From positions 1 to 42,508 of the forward strand of contig JBBISH010000046.1 of the NCBI GenBank assembly GCA_037441385.1: DNA of 42,508 bases, in the 5' to 3' direction. Below the pieces are notes generated by a model. The model had not been told where the DNA came from, searched no databases, and worked only from the letters and a program-made list of their open reading frames with translations. Made by a program: the position numbers and the translations under genes. Source of the stretch: Myxococcales bacterium (GTDB lineage Bacteria > Myxococcota_A > UBA9042). Of this stretch, positions 9,102-18,786 are shown in pieces. Every line of letters starts with the position of its first letter. Position 1 is the first letter of the stretch.

Positions 9102-9467
9102 ATGCCCGCTGTCGACCTCAGCAGCTACGCCGCAGGCCTTGGCCAACGCGCGCAGGCGGCCCGAGCTGCCGACGCCGCGTGGCAAGCCGAGTCGCGCGCC
9201 CTGGCCCGGCGGGTCAGCGAGTTGCTGGTCGCACAGTTTGGCGCGCAGCGGGTGTGGCTGTTTGGCAGCGTCGCCCGCAGTGAGGCCGTTGTGGGCAGCG
9301 ACCTGGACTTGTTGGTCGACGGAATTGCCGCCGAGCGGTGGTTCGAAGCCTGCGACGCCGCCGGGCGGTTGGCGGGCCGCGTGCCGGTTGACCTGGTGCC
9401 GTGGGCGCAGTGCCGACCGTGGATTCGCGAACGGGCGCTGGCCGAAGGTGAGGCCCTGTATGGCTGA
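9102..9467 (+). CDS. Minimal nucleotidyltransferase (MntA-like antitoxin)
   Basis: LFGSVARSEAVVGSDLDL = GS-x10-DxD, plus VDLV; overlaps the next gene by 8 bp. Confidence 0.85.
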   Translation: MPAVDLSSYAAGLGQRAQAARAADAAWQAESRALARRVSELLVAQFGAQRVWLFGSVARSEAVVGSDLDLLVDGIAAERWFEACDAAGRLAGRVPVDLVPWAQCRPWIRERALAEGEALYG

Positions 9468-9960
9468 TCTTGCGGCGCCGCGGTTGCGGGTGTTGGCGGC
9501 CGAGTTGCGCCGCGAGGTCGCGCAGATCGAGCGGACCGTGGCCGAGATGGCGTGGGTTGCGACCGAGGCAGAGTCGGAATCCGCGCGCCGGGTGCAGATC
9601 TACGCAGCGGCGGCGATGCTGGACACGTTCTACACGGGTATCGAGCGCGCGCTGGAACGGATCGCCCGGGCTTTTCGCAGCCTGCCTGACGGCCCCAACT
9701 GGCACCGCGCGCTGCTGGACGAGGCGGCACTGGACATTGCCCAGGTTCGCCCCCCCGTGTTGCAACTGGAAACCACAGTGCTGGTTGGTCGCTACCTCAG
9801 CTTCCGCCACCGTTTCCGCAACTTGTACCTGTTCGACTTGGACGAAGCGCAGATCCGCCCGCTGGTGGACGGGGCGAAGTTGGCGGGCGACGCCGCTTCC
9901 CGCGACCTGTTGGCCTTTGCGCTGGTCCTGGAGCAGCTTGCGGAAGTGACGCAGGCTTGA
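9460..9960 (+). CDS. HEPN-domain (HepT-like) RNase toxin
   Basis: FYTGIERALERIA, P.GPNWHRALL, RPPVL and FRHRFRNLY motifs; directly downstream of the MNT gene. Confidence 0.8.
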   Translation: MADLAAPRLRVLAAELRREVAQIERTVAEMAWVATEAESESARRVQIYAAAAMLDTFYTGIERALERIARAFRSLPDGPNWHRALLDEAALDIAQVRPPVLQLETTVLVGRYLSFRHRFRNLYLFDLDEAQIRPLVDGAKLAGDAASRDLLAFALVLEQLAEVTQA

Positions 9961-9996
9961 GGCAGGTCGCGTGACGCTCTGCCGCGTGGCCCCGCC

Positions 9997-12027
9997 CTAC
10001 AAAAACGCCAGCCCAAACGCAAACTCGATCCACTGCGCGGGCACGTCGATGCTGCGGCGGTCAAAGCCGTACTGACTGTCGAACAAGATCACCGGGATGC
10101 GGTAAGACAGGCGCAGCTCCAGCGGGATCTTGGTCCAGCCCTCGGGCAACAGGGTCAGGCCGGCGGCGCCGCCCAAGCCCCAGCGCAGGCCCACGTCCTC
10201 GCCAAAACCGTAGAGCGACATGGTGGTGACCGGCCCCGCGTGGACCAGGAAGCGCGCCGCCCAGCGAAAGTGGAACAAGTGCGCAGCTTCGACGGCCAAG
10301 TCGGGACCATGGCGGGGCTGCAGGCGCGTCAGCAGGCCCACGTCCCAGCTGCGCAGCCAGTGGCCGGCGGCGCCCAGCTGGCTCAAGAACTCCATTCGCA
10401 CGCCCACTTGCGTGGCACTACCGGCGCCGTCGATGGCCAGCGCGGTCAGCAGCGACTCGTAGGTGAAGGGCGGCGGTGGCACCGGCAGATCCCCGCGCGG
10501 CAACACCGGGCTGTGCGGCGGCGCCACGGCCCAGGCTCCAGCTTGCGGCGGCAGCAGAGGCAAGAAGTTGCAAGCAAACTTGCTCGCTTGCGTGACCTGG
10601 CATGCGGCAGCGTCGGCCTTGTCCAGCGCGCCGCCCAGGGCCCAGTCGATCAAGCTGGCGCTGCCCATGCCCACCAGCAGGGCCCGCTGATGCTGCAGCA
10701 GACACGCAGTGACCTGCTTGGCCGCCTCCGCACCAGCCGGTTGGCTCAGGTCCAGGTCGCCGCAGTGGCCCGAGCGGCCCAGCAGCCAGCCGTCGCCAAA
10801 GGCCACCAGCCGGCGAGCGCCCGCGCGGGTGACCAGCGTGGCGGCCAGCCCGGCAGCGCTGTCGGTGTCGTGGTCGTAGCGGCTGTCTTCCAGGCCGCGC
10901 CCACTGCGCAGGGTTCGCAAGTGCCCGCCCGACAAGCCGTCTTGCAGGTAGTGCAACCCGGCGCCCTCCAGGGCCAGCGACGCCAGCGCCGAGGCCACGG
11001 CTTGCCGCAGCGGCTCGCCCTCCGGCTCGGTCAGCTGGCTGAGCCACGGCTGGGCGGCCCGCGCCAGGATGGGGTCGGTGTGGCGCGCCCACTCAGCCAA
11101 GCGGCTGGCCACCAGCTCGCCTTGCAGCTGGCAGCCCACCTGGCGGCGCACGCGCGCATCGAGGTCGGACCATTTCAGCTTGTAGAACTTGGGCTTGCCC
11201 GACGCCAGATCCTGCAAATCAGCGGGTGCCAGGCCCAATGTGTCGCGGCACGCCCGACTCGCCACCGCCTGGGCCGCAGCGTGAAAGCCCGTCCAATTGC
11301 GCCAAGCCTCGGCGCCAAAGTGATCGTGGTTGCGGAGCACCAGATCCAGGTAGTGCGGATTGTCGAAGCTATACGGCCCCGGAGCGTCGTGGGGCCCGCG
11401 CACAGCCGGGGCCCGCGCCAACGGCTCCAGCAGGGTGGGCGTCACGTCGCCCGGCGCCTCGCGCCATTGCGACAAGCGTCGGTCTACATCTTCTTCCAGC
11501 TGATCCCAGTCGACCAAATCGTCGGTCTCGCAAGCATCTTCACCGACATCGCCCACCACGCCGCCGGCATCGCCCGCCGGGGCCGCCAGCCAGCGCCACA
11601 GCCAGGCCACCAGCCCGCGCTGGGTCGCCTGAGTCAGGCCGGCGAAGGGCCCAAAATCCGAGACGTGGTCCGGCAGCGCCACAAAATCGCCAAAAGTCGC
11701 AGGGTAGTCGCCAGCCTCGACGTGATTGAGCTGAGCGGTGGCCTGCTTGTAGCCCGCAGCGCAATACACACGCCGGCCAACGGGTTGGGTAGGACACGCC
11801 ACCGCCAAGGCCAAGAAACGCGCCGCCAGCTGGTCGTCGCCGGGCCGCAGGGCTTGCGCCAAGCGGAACTGGGCATCGCGGCAGGCGCGGTCGCCCAGCC
11901 ACATGTGCTCCAGGTAGTCGAACGCCCAGGCCGACGGCGCCGCCAGCAACCCCACGGCCAGCAGCAGCGCGCGCAGGGACAGCGAAGTCCAGCGGGACGA
12001 CGTTGGGGGCAAAATCGTCAAGCGCAA
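9997..12027 (-). CDS. Secreted putative zinc-dependent phospholipase C-like protein with beta-rich C-terminal domain
   Basis: Signal peptide ending AWA, then FDYLEH..GD, NHDHF, HYLQD..SGGHLR, HD.D..GL and AFGDG motifs; start codon uncertain (TTG at 12027, 12021 or 12012). Confidence 0.6.
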   Translation of the reverse strand: MRLTILPPTSSRWTSLSLRALLLAVGLLAAPSAWAFDYLEHMWLGDRACRDAQFRLAQALRPGDDQLAARFLALAVACPTQPVGRRVYCAAGYKQATAQLNHVEAGDYPATFGDFVALPDHVSDFGPFAGLTQATQRGLVAWLWRWLAAPAGDAGGVVGDVGEDACETDDLVDWDQLEEDVDRRLSQWREAPGDVTPTLLEPLARAPAVRGPHDAPGPYSFDNPHYLDLVLRNHDHFGAEAWRNWTGFHAAAQAVASRACRDTLGLAPADLQDLASGKPKFYKLKWSDLDARVRRQVGCQLQGELVASRLAEWARHTDPILARAAQPWLSQLTEPEGEPLRQAVASALASLALEGAGLHYLQDGLSGGHLRTLRSGRGLEDSRYDHDTDSAAGLAATLVTRAGARRLVAFGDGWLLGRSGHCGDLDLSQPAGAEAAKQVTACLLQHQRALLVGMGSASLIDWALGGALDKADAAACQVTQASKFACNFLPLLPPQAGAWAVAPPHSPVLPRGDLPVPPPPFTYESLLTALAIDGAGSATQVGVRMEFLSQLGAAGHWLRSWDVGLLTRLQPRHGPDLAVEAAHLFHFRWAARFLVHAGPVTTMSLYGFGEDVGLRWGLGGAAGLTLLPEGWTKIPLELRLSYRIPVILFDSQYGFDRRSIDVPAQWIEFAFGLAFL

Positions 12028-12031
12028 TGGG

Positions 12032-13456
12032 TTAGTACAGACCCTGCACCGCGGCCAGGGCCGCCTCGACCAGCGGGTTGGGCCAAGCCCCCAGACCGAC
12101 CGTGCCCAGCAGACAGACAACGATCGCCAACGCGAGCGGGCGCTTGACCGGCACCGGACCTTGCAGCGTGCTCTTGTTCACGAACGCCGCCCGCGCCACG
12201 CCCAAGTAGTAGAACAGCGCCACGGTCGCGAACAGCGCGCCCAGGAGCACCATCTCGCCGTGGCCGGCGCGCCAGGCCGCGGTGAACACGTAGAATTTGG
12301 CCCAGAAACCCGCAACGAACGGGATGCCGGCCAGGCTGAGCAGGAACATCAGCAGCGCCAAAGCGAGCCATGGGGAACGCCGCGCCAGGCCGCTCAGGTG
12401 CGCGATGTCCTCGCCTTCGCCAGCCTCGGCCACCGCGTGCGCCACCAAGAACATGCCCACATTCGCGAACACATAGGCAGCCAGGTAGAACAGCATCATC
12501 GCCGCGCCAAATTCCACCCCGCCCAAAAAGCCGAGCAGGATGTAGCCGACCTGGGCGACGCCCGAGAACGCCATCAAGCGCTTCAGGTTCTTTTGCGGAA
12601 TGGCCACCAGGTTGCCGATGACCATGGTGATGACGACGAGGAGCCACAGCATCGGCCGCCAGGTGGAGGCCAAGGTCGGGGTCGCCACCAGGAAGATCGA
12701 GGCAAACGCCGCAAAACCCGCGACCTTGGGCGCTACCGACAAGAAGGCGACCACCGGGGTGGGCGCGCCCTCGTAGGTGTCAGGCACCCACATGTGGAAG
12801 GGCGCCACGCCAATCTTGAAAGCCATCCCGGCCAGCAGCAGCAGCGCCGCCACCGCGTGAAGCGGGCCGGGCTCGTAGGGCACAAGCTCGGCAAAGCGGC
12901 TGGAGCCCGCCAGACCGACCAGCAGCGCCGCGCCAAAGAAGGTCAGCGCGGTAGAGCCAGCGCCCACCAGCAGCAGCTTCAGACCAGCCTCGGCCGGCTT
13001 GCGACCATTTTCGCTCTTGCCAAAGGCGGCAAGGACATACAGCGGGATACCCATCAGCTCGAAGCACACCACGAACGAGGCCAGCTCGCGGCAGCCCGGC
13101 AGCAGCACCATGCCCGCCAGCGAGAACAGCAGCAGCGTGTAGTACTCGCCCTGGCGGTAGGGCCAGACGCGGGCGACGTAGTCCAGGCCGCCCAGCACCG
13201 CCAGCGCCGCCGCGCCGATCATCAGGCGGGCCAAGAACGTCGTCCACAGGCTGCCTTGCCAGACACCGGCCTGCACTTCGCCGTCGAGCGGCAGCGCCCA
13301 CGAGGCCGCCAGCGACCCGGCCAGGATCGCCAGCGTCAGCCAGCCCAGGGTCGGCCGGTTCGACGGTTTGAGCAGCAAGTCGACCAGCAGCACCAGCAGC
13401 GCGGCACAGGCAAGAATCAGCCCCAGCATCAGGGGTTGCAGATCAGCGAGGCTCAT
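12032..13456 (-). CDS. nuoN: NADH-quinone oxidoreductase subunit N
   Basis: FELMGIPLYVL, EAGLK, FKIGVAPFHMWVPDTYEGAP, SLAGIP..GF.AK; last position in the nuo operon. Confidence 0.93.
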   Translation of the reverse strand: MSLADLQPLMLGLILACAALLVLLVDLLLKPSNRPTLGWLTLAILAGSLAASWALPLDGEVQAGVWQGSLWTTFLARLMIGAAALAVLGGLDYVARVWPYRQGEYYTLLLFSLAGMVLLPGCRELASFVVCFELMGIPLYVLAAFGKSENGRKPAEAGLKLLLVGAGSTALTFFGAALLVGLAGSSRFAELVPYEPGPLHAVAALLLLAGMAFKIGVAPFHMWVPDTYEGAPTPVVAFLSVAPKVAGFAAFASIFLVATPTLASTWRPMLWLLVVITMVIGNLVAIPQKNLKRLMAFSGVAQVGYILLGFLGGVEFGAAMMLFYLAAYVFANVGMFLVAHAVAEAGEGEDIAHLSGLARRSPWLALALLMFLLSLAGIPFVAGFWAKFYVFTAAWRAGHGEMVLLGALFATVALFYYLGVARAAFVNKSTLQGPVPVKRPLALAIVVCLLGTVGLGAWPNPLVEAALAAVQGLY

Positions 13457-15519
13457 CGGACACCTCCAGTCGGCGCGGGGGCCGCGACGGGCGCGGGGGC
13501 CGGAGCGGGCGCCATGGCCGGGGGTGGCGGAGGCGGCGGTGGTGGCGGCATGGCCGGGCTGGGGACAGCGGCACCGGGCATTCCCAGGCTAGGCGGAGCG
13601 CCCATTCCCGGAGCACCCATACCGGGGGCAGCGCCGGGAGGAAGGCTAGGCGGCATCCCCGGTTGCGGGCCGGCGAGCGGCATTCCCGGCCGCGGCAGCG
13701 CCCCTTGCGGCGAGCCGGGGCCCATCGGAGGCATCGGCTGCCCTGGCCCCATCTGGCCCGGCATTCCACCCGGCCCCATCGGGCCCGGCATACCCGGCGC
13801 CATCCCAGGCGGCATCCCGCCCGGCATACCCGGCATCGGTCCGGGCGGCAGCGCATTGGGCGCCCCAGCACCGGGCCCGGCCATCAGCGCGCGCTGCAGA
13901 CCAGGATTGCCTTGTGGCCCGAAATTGGGCTGGTGCATCCCCTGCAGGTTCTGCGCGGTGGCCGAAGGCGGCAGCGGCATGGCGTCGGCAGTCGACACGA
14001 TGCGGCCCAGGTAGGTCTTGGTGCACGGGTCGATGAAGTCGAGAATGAGCCGCGGCCAGATGCCAAAGGTCAGGATGCAGGCGCCCAGTATGATGAGCGC
14101 GCCCAGCTCGGTGCGGCGGGCGTCGGGCAGATCGTGGAACTCGTGCGACGGGCCGGGGCCCCAGAACACGTCGCGCACGACGCGCAGCACGTAGATGGCG
14201 GTGATGAAGGCGCCGATGATGCCGGGCAGTGCCCACCAGGCGGCCTTGCTCTGCCAGGCACCAAGAAACACCATGAATTCGGCCACGAAACCGGCGGTAC
14301 CGGGCAGGCCCAGCGACGACAGGCCGCCGATGGTGAAGAACAGCGCGACCACCGGCATCGGGCCCGCAAAGCCGCCCATCGACGGCACCCAGCGGGTGTG
14401 GGCGCGCTCGTAGACCAGGCCGACCAGGGCGAAGAACAGGCCCGTCATGATGCCGTGGGCGAACATCTGGTAGACGGCGCCGTTCCAGCCGCCCTGGGTC
14501 AGCGTCGCCGCGCCCAGCATCACCACGCCCATGTGGCTGACCGAACTGTAAGCGATGATGTACTTGAGGTCCTTTTGCGCCATCGCCGACAGCGCGCCGT
14601 ACACCACGTTGATGGACGCGACCACGCCGACCAGCGGGATCCAGAACTGCGCGCCCTCGGGCAGCATCATCATGCCGATGCGGATGACACCAAAAGCGCC
14701 CAGCTTCATGAGCACGCCGGCGTGGAGCATCGACACGGCGGTGGGCGCCGAGGCGTGGCCGTCGGGCGACCAGGTGTGGAACGGGAACACGCCGGCCAAG
14801 GTGCCAAAGCCGAGCCAGACCAGCGGGAACAGCCACTTCTGCAGGTCCAGGTCGTACTTCATGTTGCCCAGGACGCTCATGTCAAAGGTCTCGCCGCCCG
14901 CGGCAAAGAACATCGCCAGGATCGCGACCAGGATGAACGCCGAGCCGACCAGCAGCATGATGGTCAGCTTCATGGCGGCGTACTCCTTGCCGCCGATGTC
15001 GAACATCTTCCAGACGAACTTGAAGGGGCCGGCCTCGGCCACCTTGTTGCTGCTACCCCAGACGGCGATCAGCACGTACATGGGCAAAACGGCGATTTCG
15101 TAAAACAAGAAGAAGATGAACAGATCCTGCGCCACGAACACGCCGAACACGCCAGCCACCAGAGTCAGCAGCAGGGCGAAGAACTCCTTTTCGCGCTCCT
15201 TCAGGGTCCAGGTGGCCAGCACGCCCGTAAAGATGATGATGCCGGTCAAGAGCAGCAGCGACACGCCCCAGCCGTCGACCGCCAGGCGCAGCGTAATGCC
15301 CAGCTTGGGAACCAACGGATAGTTCTCGGCCAACTGCAGGCCGCCCTGCGCCGCGTCGTAGAAGTGGTAGACCGCCAGCGAACCGACCAGCGAGACGGTG
15401 GCGCCCAGCAAAGACACCAAGCGCATCGCCAGCTTGTGCGTGTCCTTGAGCGGCAACAGGAGCAGCGTCGCGATAAACGGGGCCGCGACGGTCATCGACA
15501 GCCAAGGCAGCGTGATCAT
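13453..15519 (-). CDS. nuoM: NADH-quinone oxidoreductase subunit M with long Pro/Gly/Met-rich C-terminal extension
   Basis: FFLFYEI, PFHTWSPDGHASAPT, MKLGAFG, AYSSVSHMG, SLGLPGT.GFVAEF; ATG at 15519 overlaps the nuoL stop. Confidence 0.92.
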   Translation of the reverse strand: MITLPWLSMTVAAPFIATLLLLPLKDTHKLAMRLVSLLGATVSLVGSLAVYHFYDAAQGGLQLAENYPLVPKLGITLRLAVDGWGVSLLLLTGIIIFTGVLATWTLKEREKEFFALLLTLVAGVFGVFVAQDLFIFFLFYEIAVLPMYVLIAVWGSSNKVAEAGPFKFVWKMFDIGGKEYAAMKLTIMLLVGSAFILVAILAMFFAAGGETFDMSVLGNMKYDLDLQKWLFPLVWLGFGTLAGVFPFHTWSPDGHASAPTAVSMLHAGVLMKLGAFGVIRIGMMMLPEGAQFWIPLVGVVASINVVYGALSAMAQKDLKYIIAYSSVSHMGVVMLGAATLTQGGWNGAVYQMFAHGIMTGLFFALVGLVYERAHTRWVPSMGGFAGPMPVVALFFTIGGLSSLGLPGTAGFVAEFMVFLGAWQSKAAWWALPGIIGAFITAIYVLRVVRDVFWGPGPSHEFHDLPDARRTELGALIILGACILTFGIWPRLILDFIDPCTKTYLGRIVSTADAMPLPPSATAQNLQGMHQPNFGPQGNPGLQRALMAGPGAGAPNALPPGPMPGMPGGMPPGMAPGMPGPMGPGGMPGQMGPGQPMPPMGPGSPQGALPRPGMPLAGPQPGMPPSLPPGAAPGMGAPGMGAPPSLGMPGAAVPSPAMPPPPPPPPPPAMAPAPAPAPVAAPAPTGGVR

Positions 15520-17345
15520 CGCCAGCCTCCAAACAGAGCGAGAAGGGCGGCCGCGCCAAAGACCGCGTACAGGTAGTCCTGCACGTCGCCCGTCTGCAGC
15601 TTGCGCAGCTGCTGACCGGCGACGATGGTGAGCCAACCAAGGAAATTCATCAGACCGTCCACGATGTAACGGTCGATCCACGCGGCCGCCCGCGACGGCG
15701 TCTGGCCGCCGATCTCGTAGACCGACTGCCACAGCTCATCCATCAGCGAGCTGCGCGCCAGCTTGCCCAGCGGCGCGAACAGCCGCGGCAAGAAGCCCAG
15801 CGCGCCCATGCCGTAGACCAGGTAGCCCAAGGCGATGCCGCCCAGGCCCAGGCCGATGGCCGTGTACCCCACCGTCCCCATATGGAACTCGTAGGGCTTG
15901 CCAAACAGCGTCGCGAACGGCTGCGCGGCCCAGCCCAGGGCGATGGTCGGCACCAGCAGCACCACCAGCGGCAGGGTCATCGACAGGCCTGGGCCGTGCG
16001 CGTGCTCGCCGGCGTGGCTCAGCTGGCCCAAGAAGGCCTTGACCACCGTGCGAGTCATGTAGAAGGCGGTCAGGCCGGCCGTGAGGAGCAGCGCCGCCAA
16101 GGCGAAGTGGTCGCCGGACTCGTGCACGGCCTCCAAGATCAGGTCCTTGCTGTAGAAACCGGCCAGGCCCGGCACGCCCGCCAGCGACAGCGAGCCGAAC
16201 ACGAAGGCGATGGCCACGAACTTCAACTTCTTCCACAGGCCGCCCATGTCCTCGAATTCGTTGCTGTGCACCGCGTGGATGACCGCGCCGGCCGCCAGGA
16301 ACAGCAGCGCCTTGAAGAAGGCGTGGGTGGTCAGGTGGAAGTAGCCGCCCAGCAGCGAGCCGGCGCCCAGGCCCGAGATCATGTAACCCAGCTGCGAGCA
16401 GGTGGAATAGGCCAGCACCTTCTTGATGTCGGTCTGGACGGTGGCCACGATGGCGGCGAACAGCGCGGTGAAGGCGCCCAGCTGGGTCATGAATTCGCGC
16501 ACGTGCGTCGCGGCGGCAAAGATCGGATCGGCGCGGACGATCAGGTAGACGCCCGCGGCCACCATCGTCGCGGCGTGCAGCAGCGCGGACACCGGCGTGG
16601 GGCCCTGCATCGCGTCCGGCAGCCAGATGTGCAGCGGGAACTGGGCCGACTTGCCCATCACCGCCACGAACAGCAGACCGGCGACCACTTCGGCCACGCC
16701 GGTGCCCAGCGGCGCATCCCAGGCAAAAGTGCCGGTTTGGGCGGCCAGCACCAGCAGGCCCAAGATCAGGCCCGAGTCGGCGAACTTGGTGACCACGAAG
16801 GCCTTGATCGCCGCCTTGGCCGCCGCCGGCTTGGGATACCAGAAGCCGATGAGCAGGTACGAGGTGGCGCCGACGAGCTCCCAGCCGATGAACAGCTGCA
16901 TCAGGTCGGGCGCCAGCACCAGCAGGTTCATGCTGAACAGGAACAGGGACTGGTAGGTGAAGTAGCGGCCCAGGCCGTTTGGCGGCTCGTCGCTCAGGTA
17001 ACCCAGCGAGAACACCTGAACGCACCACGCCACCACCGCCACCACCAGCAGCATCGACACCGAGATGCCGTCGAGCCGGACGCCGACCTCGCCCAGGGGC
17101 CGGCCGGCCTGCACCAGCCACGCGGTCGAGTTTTGCAGGACTTCTGTGGGGTTGCCCAGCCAGGTGGCGAACAGCCAGCCGGCGATGCCCAGCACCGAGG
17201 TGGCGCCCAGGATCGACAACAGCGCGGCTGGCTTGCCGGTGCGGCGGAACATGGGCAGCACGCCGAACAAAAGCGTCAAGCCGGCGGGGATGCCAAGGGT
17301 GGCCAGCGCCGCCATAAGCAGCGGACTCTCAGTAAGTTGAGTCAT
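15516..17345 (-). CDS. nuoL: NADH-quinone oxidoreductase subunit L
   Basis: GWELVG..SYLLIGFW, GKSAQFPLHIWLPDAM.GPTPVSALLHAATMV, DIKKVLAYST.SQLGYM, HAFFKALLF. Confidence 0.95.
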   Translation of the reverse strand: MTQLTESPLLMAALATLGIPAGLTLLFGVLPMFRRTGKPAALLSILGATSVLGIAGWLFATWLGNPTEVLQNSTAWLVQAGRPLGEVGVRLDGISVSMLLVVAVVAWCVQVFSLGYLSDEPPNGLGRYFTYQSLFLFSMNLLVLAPDLMQLFIGWELVGATSYLLIGFWYPKPAAAKAAIKAFVVTKFADSGLILGLLVLAAQTGTFAWDAPLGTGVAEVVAGLLFVAVMGKSAQFPLHIWLPDAMQGPTPVSALLHAATMVAAGVYLIVRADPIFAAATHVREFMTQLGAFTALFAAIVATVQTDIKKVLAYSTCSQLGYMISGLGAGSLLGGYFHLTTHAFFKALLFLAAGAVIHAVHSNEFEDMGGLWKKLKFVAIAFVFGSLSLAGVPGLAGFYSKDLILEAVHESGDHFALAALLLTAGLTAFYMTRTVVKAFLGQLSHAGEHAHGPGLSMTLPLVVLLVPTIALGWAAQPFATLFGKPYEFHMGTVGYTAIGLGLGGIALGYLVYGMGALGFLPRLFAPLGKLARSSLMDELWQSVYEIGGQTPSRAAAWIDRYIVDGLMNFLGWLTIVAGQQLRKLQTGDVQDYLYAVFGAAALLALFGGWR

Positions 17346-17635
17346 TGACGCATCTCCCGGGCCTCGTCGACCTGCACGTCGCCCCGCGACCGATAGAGAA
17401 GAAGGACGATCGCCAGCCCGACCACCACTTCGGCCACGGCGATGGCGATGGTGAACAAGGCAAAGCTCTGGCCCACCGCGACACCTTTGTGCTGGCCCAG
17501 GCCCACGAGCACCAAGTTGGCGGCGTTGATCATGACTTCGATGGCAATCATCACGCCGATCGCGTGCTTCTGCGTCAGCAGGCCAAACACGCCGGCGCAG
17601 AACAGCGCCGAGGCGATGAGGAGGATGGCGATCAT
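17342..17635 (-). CDS. nuoK: NADH-quinone oxidoreductase subunit K
   Basis: IEVMINAANL, GQSFALF..AVAEVVVGLAI; 97 aa; ATGA overlaps on both sides. Confidence 0.93.
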   Translation of the reverse strand: MIAILLIASALFCAGVFGLLTQKHAIGVMIAIEVMINAANLVLVGLGQHKGVAVGQSFALFTIAIAVAEVVVGLAIVLLLYRSRGDVQVDEAREMRQ

Positions 17636-18231
17636 TGGCCCACCTCGTCGGTCGCGGCCAGGCCTTCGACGACCTGCCGCCCCATGTTGCGGTGACGAAT
17701 CAACTTCTTGGCCGACGGCTGGCCGGGGTCGCGCTTGCGGGCCAGCACCACCGCGCCGACCATCGCGGCCAGCAGCAGCAGCGACAACACCTCGAACGCA
17801 AAGGCATACGGCCCCAGCAGCGACAGCCCCAGCTCGGGGATGGTCACGGCCTTGCCGGCCGGCGGGTCCGTCAGGCCCGGAGTGTGCAAGATGGCGTACA
17901 CCAGGCCGACGAACAGCGCGATCGCCACCAACGCCGCCCGCACCGGCCGCCGCGTGGTGCGGAAGGCCGCCAGGTTGTCGTGTTCGCGGGTGAGCATCAC
18001 GCCAAAGATCAGCAGCATCACCACGCCGCCCACGTACAGCAGCACCTGGATGGCGGCCAGGAACGAGGCGTCGAACTTGGCGAACAGCGCCGCGGTCCCG
18101 AGCAGCGACATCCCCAACCACAGGACGGCGTGCACCAGGTTCTTGACCGAGACGGCCAGCATGGCAAAGGCCAGCGTGGCGATCCCCAGCAGCCAGAGCG
18201 CCGGGTCTTGCATCAGCATCGCGAGGTTCAT
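17632..18231 (-). CDS. nuoJ: NADH-quinone oxidoreductase subunit J
   Basis: NLVHAVLWL, QVLLYVGGV.ML..F.VML, FEV.SLLLL.AMVGAVVLA. Confidence 0.93.
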   Translation of the reverse strand: MNLAMLMQDPALWLLGIATLAFAMLAVSVKNLVHAVLWLGMSLLGTAALFAKFDASFLAAIQVLLYVGGVVMLLIFGVMLTREHDNLAAFRTTRRPVRAALVAIALFVGLVYAILHTPGLTDPPAGKAVTIPELGLSLLGPYAFAFEVLSLLLLAAMVGAVVLARKRDPGQPSAKKLIRHRNMGRQVVEGLAATDEVGQ

Positions 18232-18761
18232 GGCGCCTCCGTTTTGGCAGGCTCGGCGGCGGGAGCGGGTGCCGGCGCGGGCTTGGGCGGCTCCTGCATC
18301 TCCATCAGCTTGGTGCCATTACCCCAAGTCAGCGGCTTTTCGCCATTTTCGTAGAGCTTGGCCATGGTCAGGACCAAGTCTTCGCGCGCGTAACCAGGCT
18401 CGTGCGGCACCTTGAGCATGACGATCGCGTCGAACGGGCAGACCTGCACGCACAGCTCGCAGAAGATGCACGCCGTCATGTCCAGTGTGAAGTCGTCCAG
18501 ATAGCCGCGCTTCTTGCCGGTAACCGGCGATTCCTTCTTGGTGCTGGCCATGTGGATGATCTGCGACGGGCAGATGCGCTCGCACGCCAGGCACCCCACG
18601 CAGCGCTCTTCACCCTGCTCGTCCTTCAACAGGGCAAAGCTGGTGCGGTAGCGCTCTTGGCGTTCGCGAATGACTTTGGGGAATTGCACCGTCACCGGCT
18701 TGCGGCCGATGTTCTTGGCGGTGACTCCCAGCGCCCGAATGCTGTCGAGCAGGTATCCCAT
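18228..18761 (-). CDS. nuoI: NADH-quinone oxidoreductase subunit I
   Basis: Two 4Fe-4S motifs, CVGCLACERICP and CIFCELCVQVCP; VTVQFP. Confidence 0.93.
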   Translation of the reverse strand: MGYLLDSIRALGVTAKNIGRKPVTVQFPKVIRERQERYRTSFALLKDEQGEERCVGCLACERICPSQIIHMASTKKESPVTGKKRGYLDDFTLDMTACIFCELCVQVCPFDAIVMLKVPHEPGYAREDLVLTMAKLYENGEKPLTWGNGTKLMEMQEPPKPAPAPAPAAEPAKTEAP

Positions 18762-18786
18762 CGGTGACTCCTACGGCTCGAGCCGG

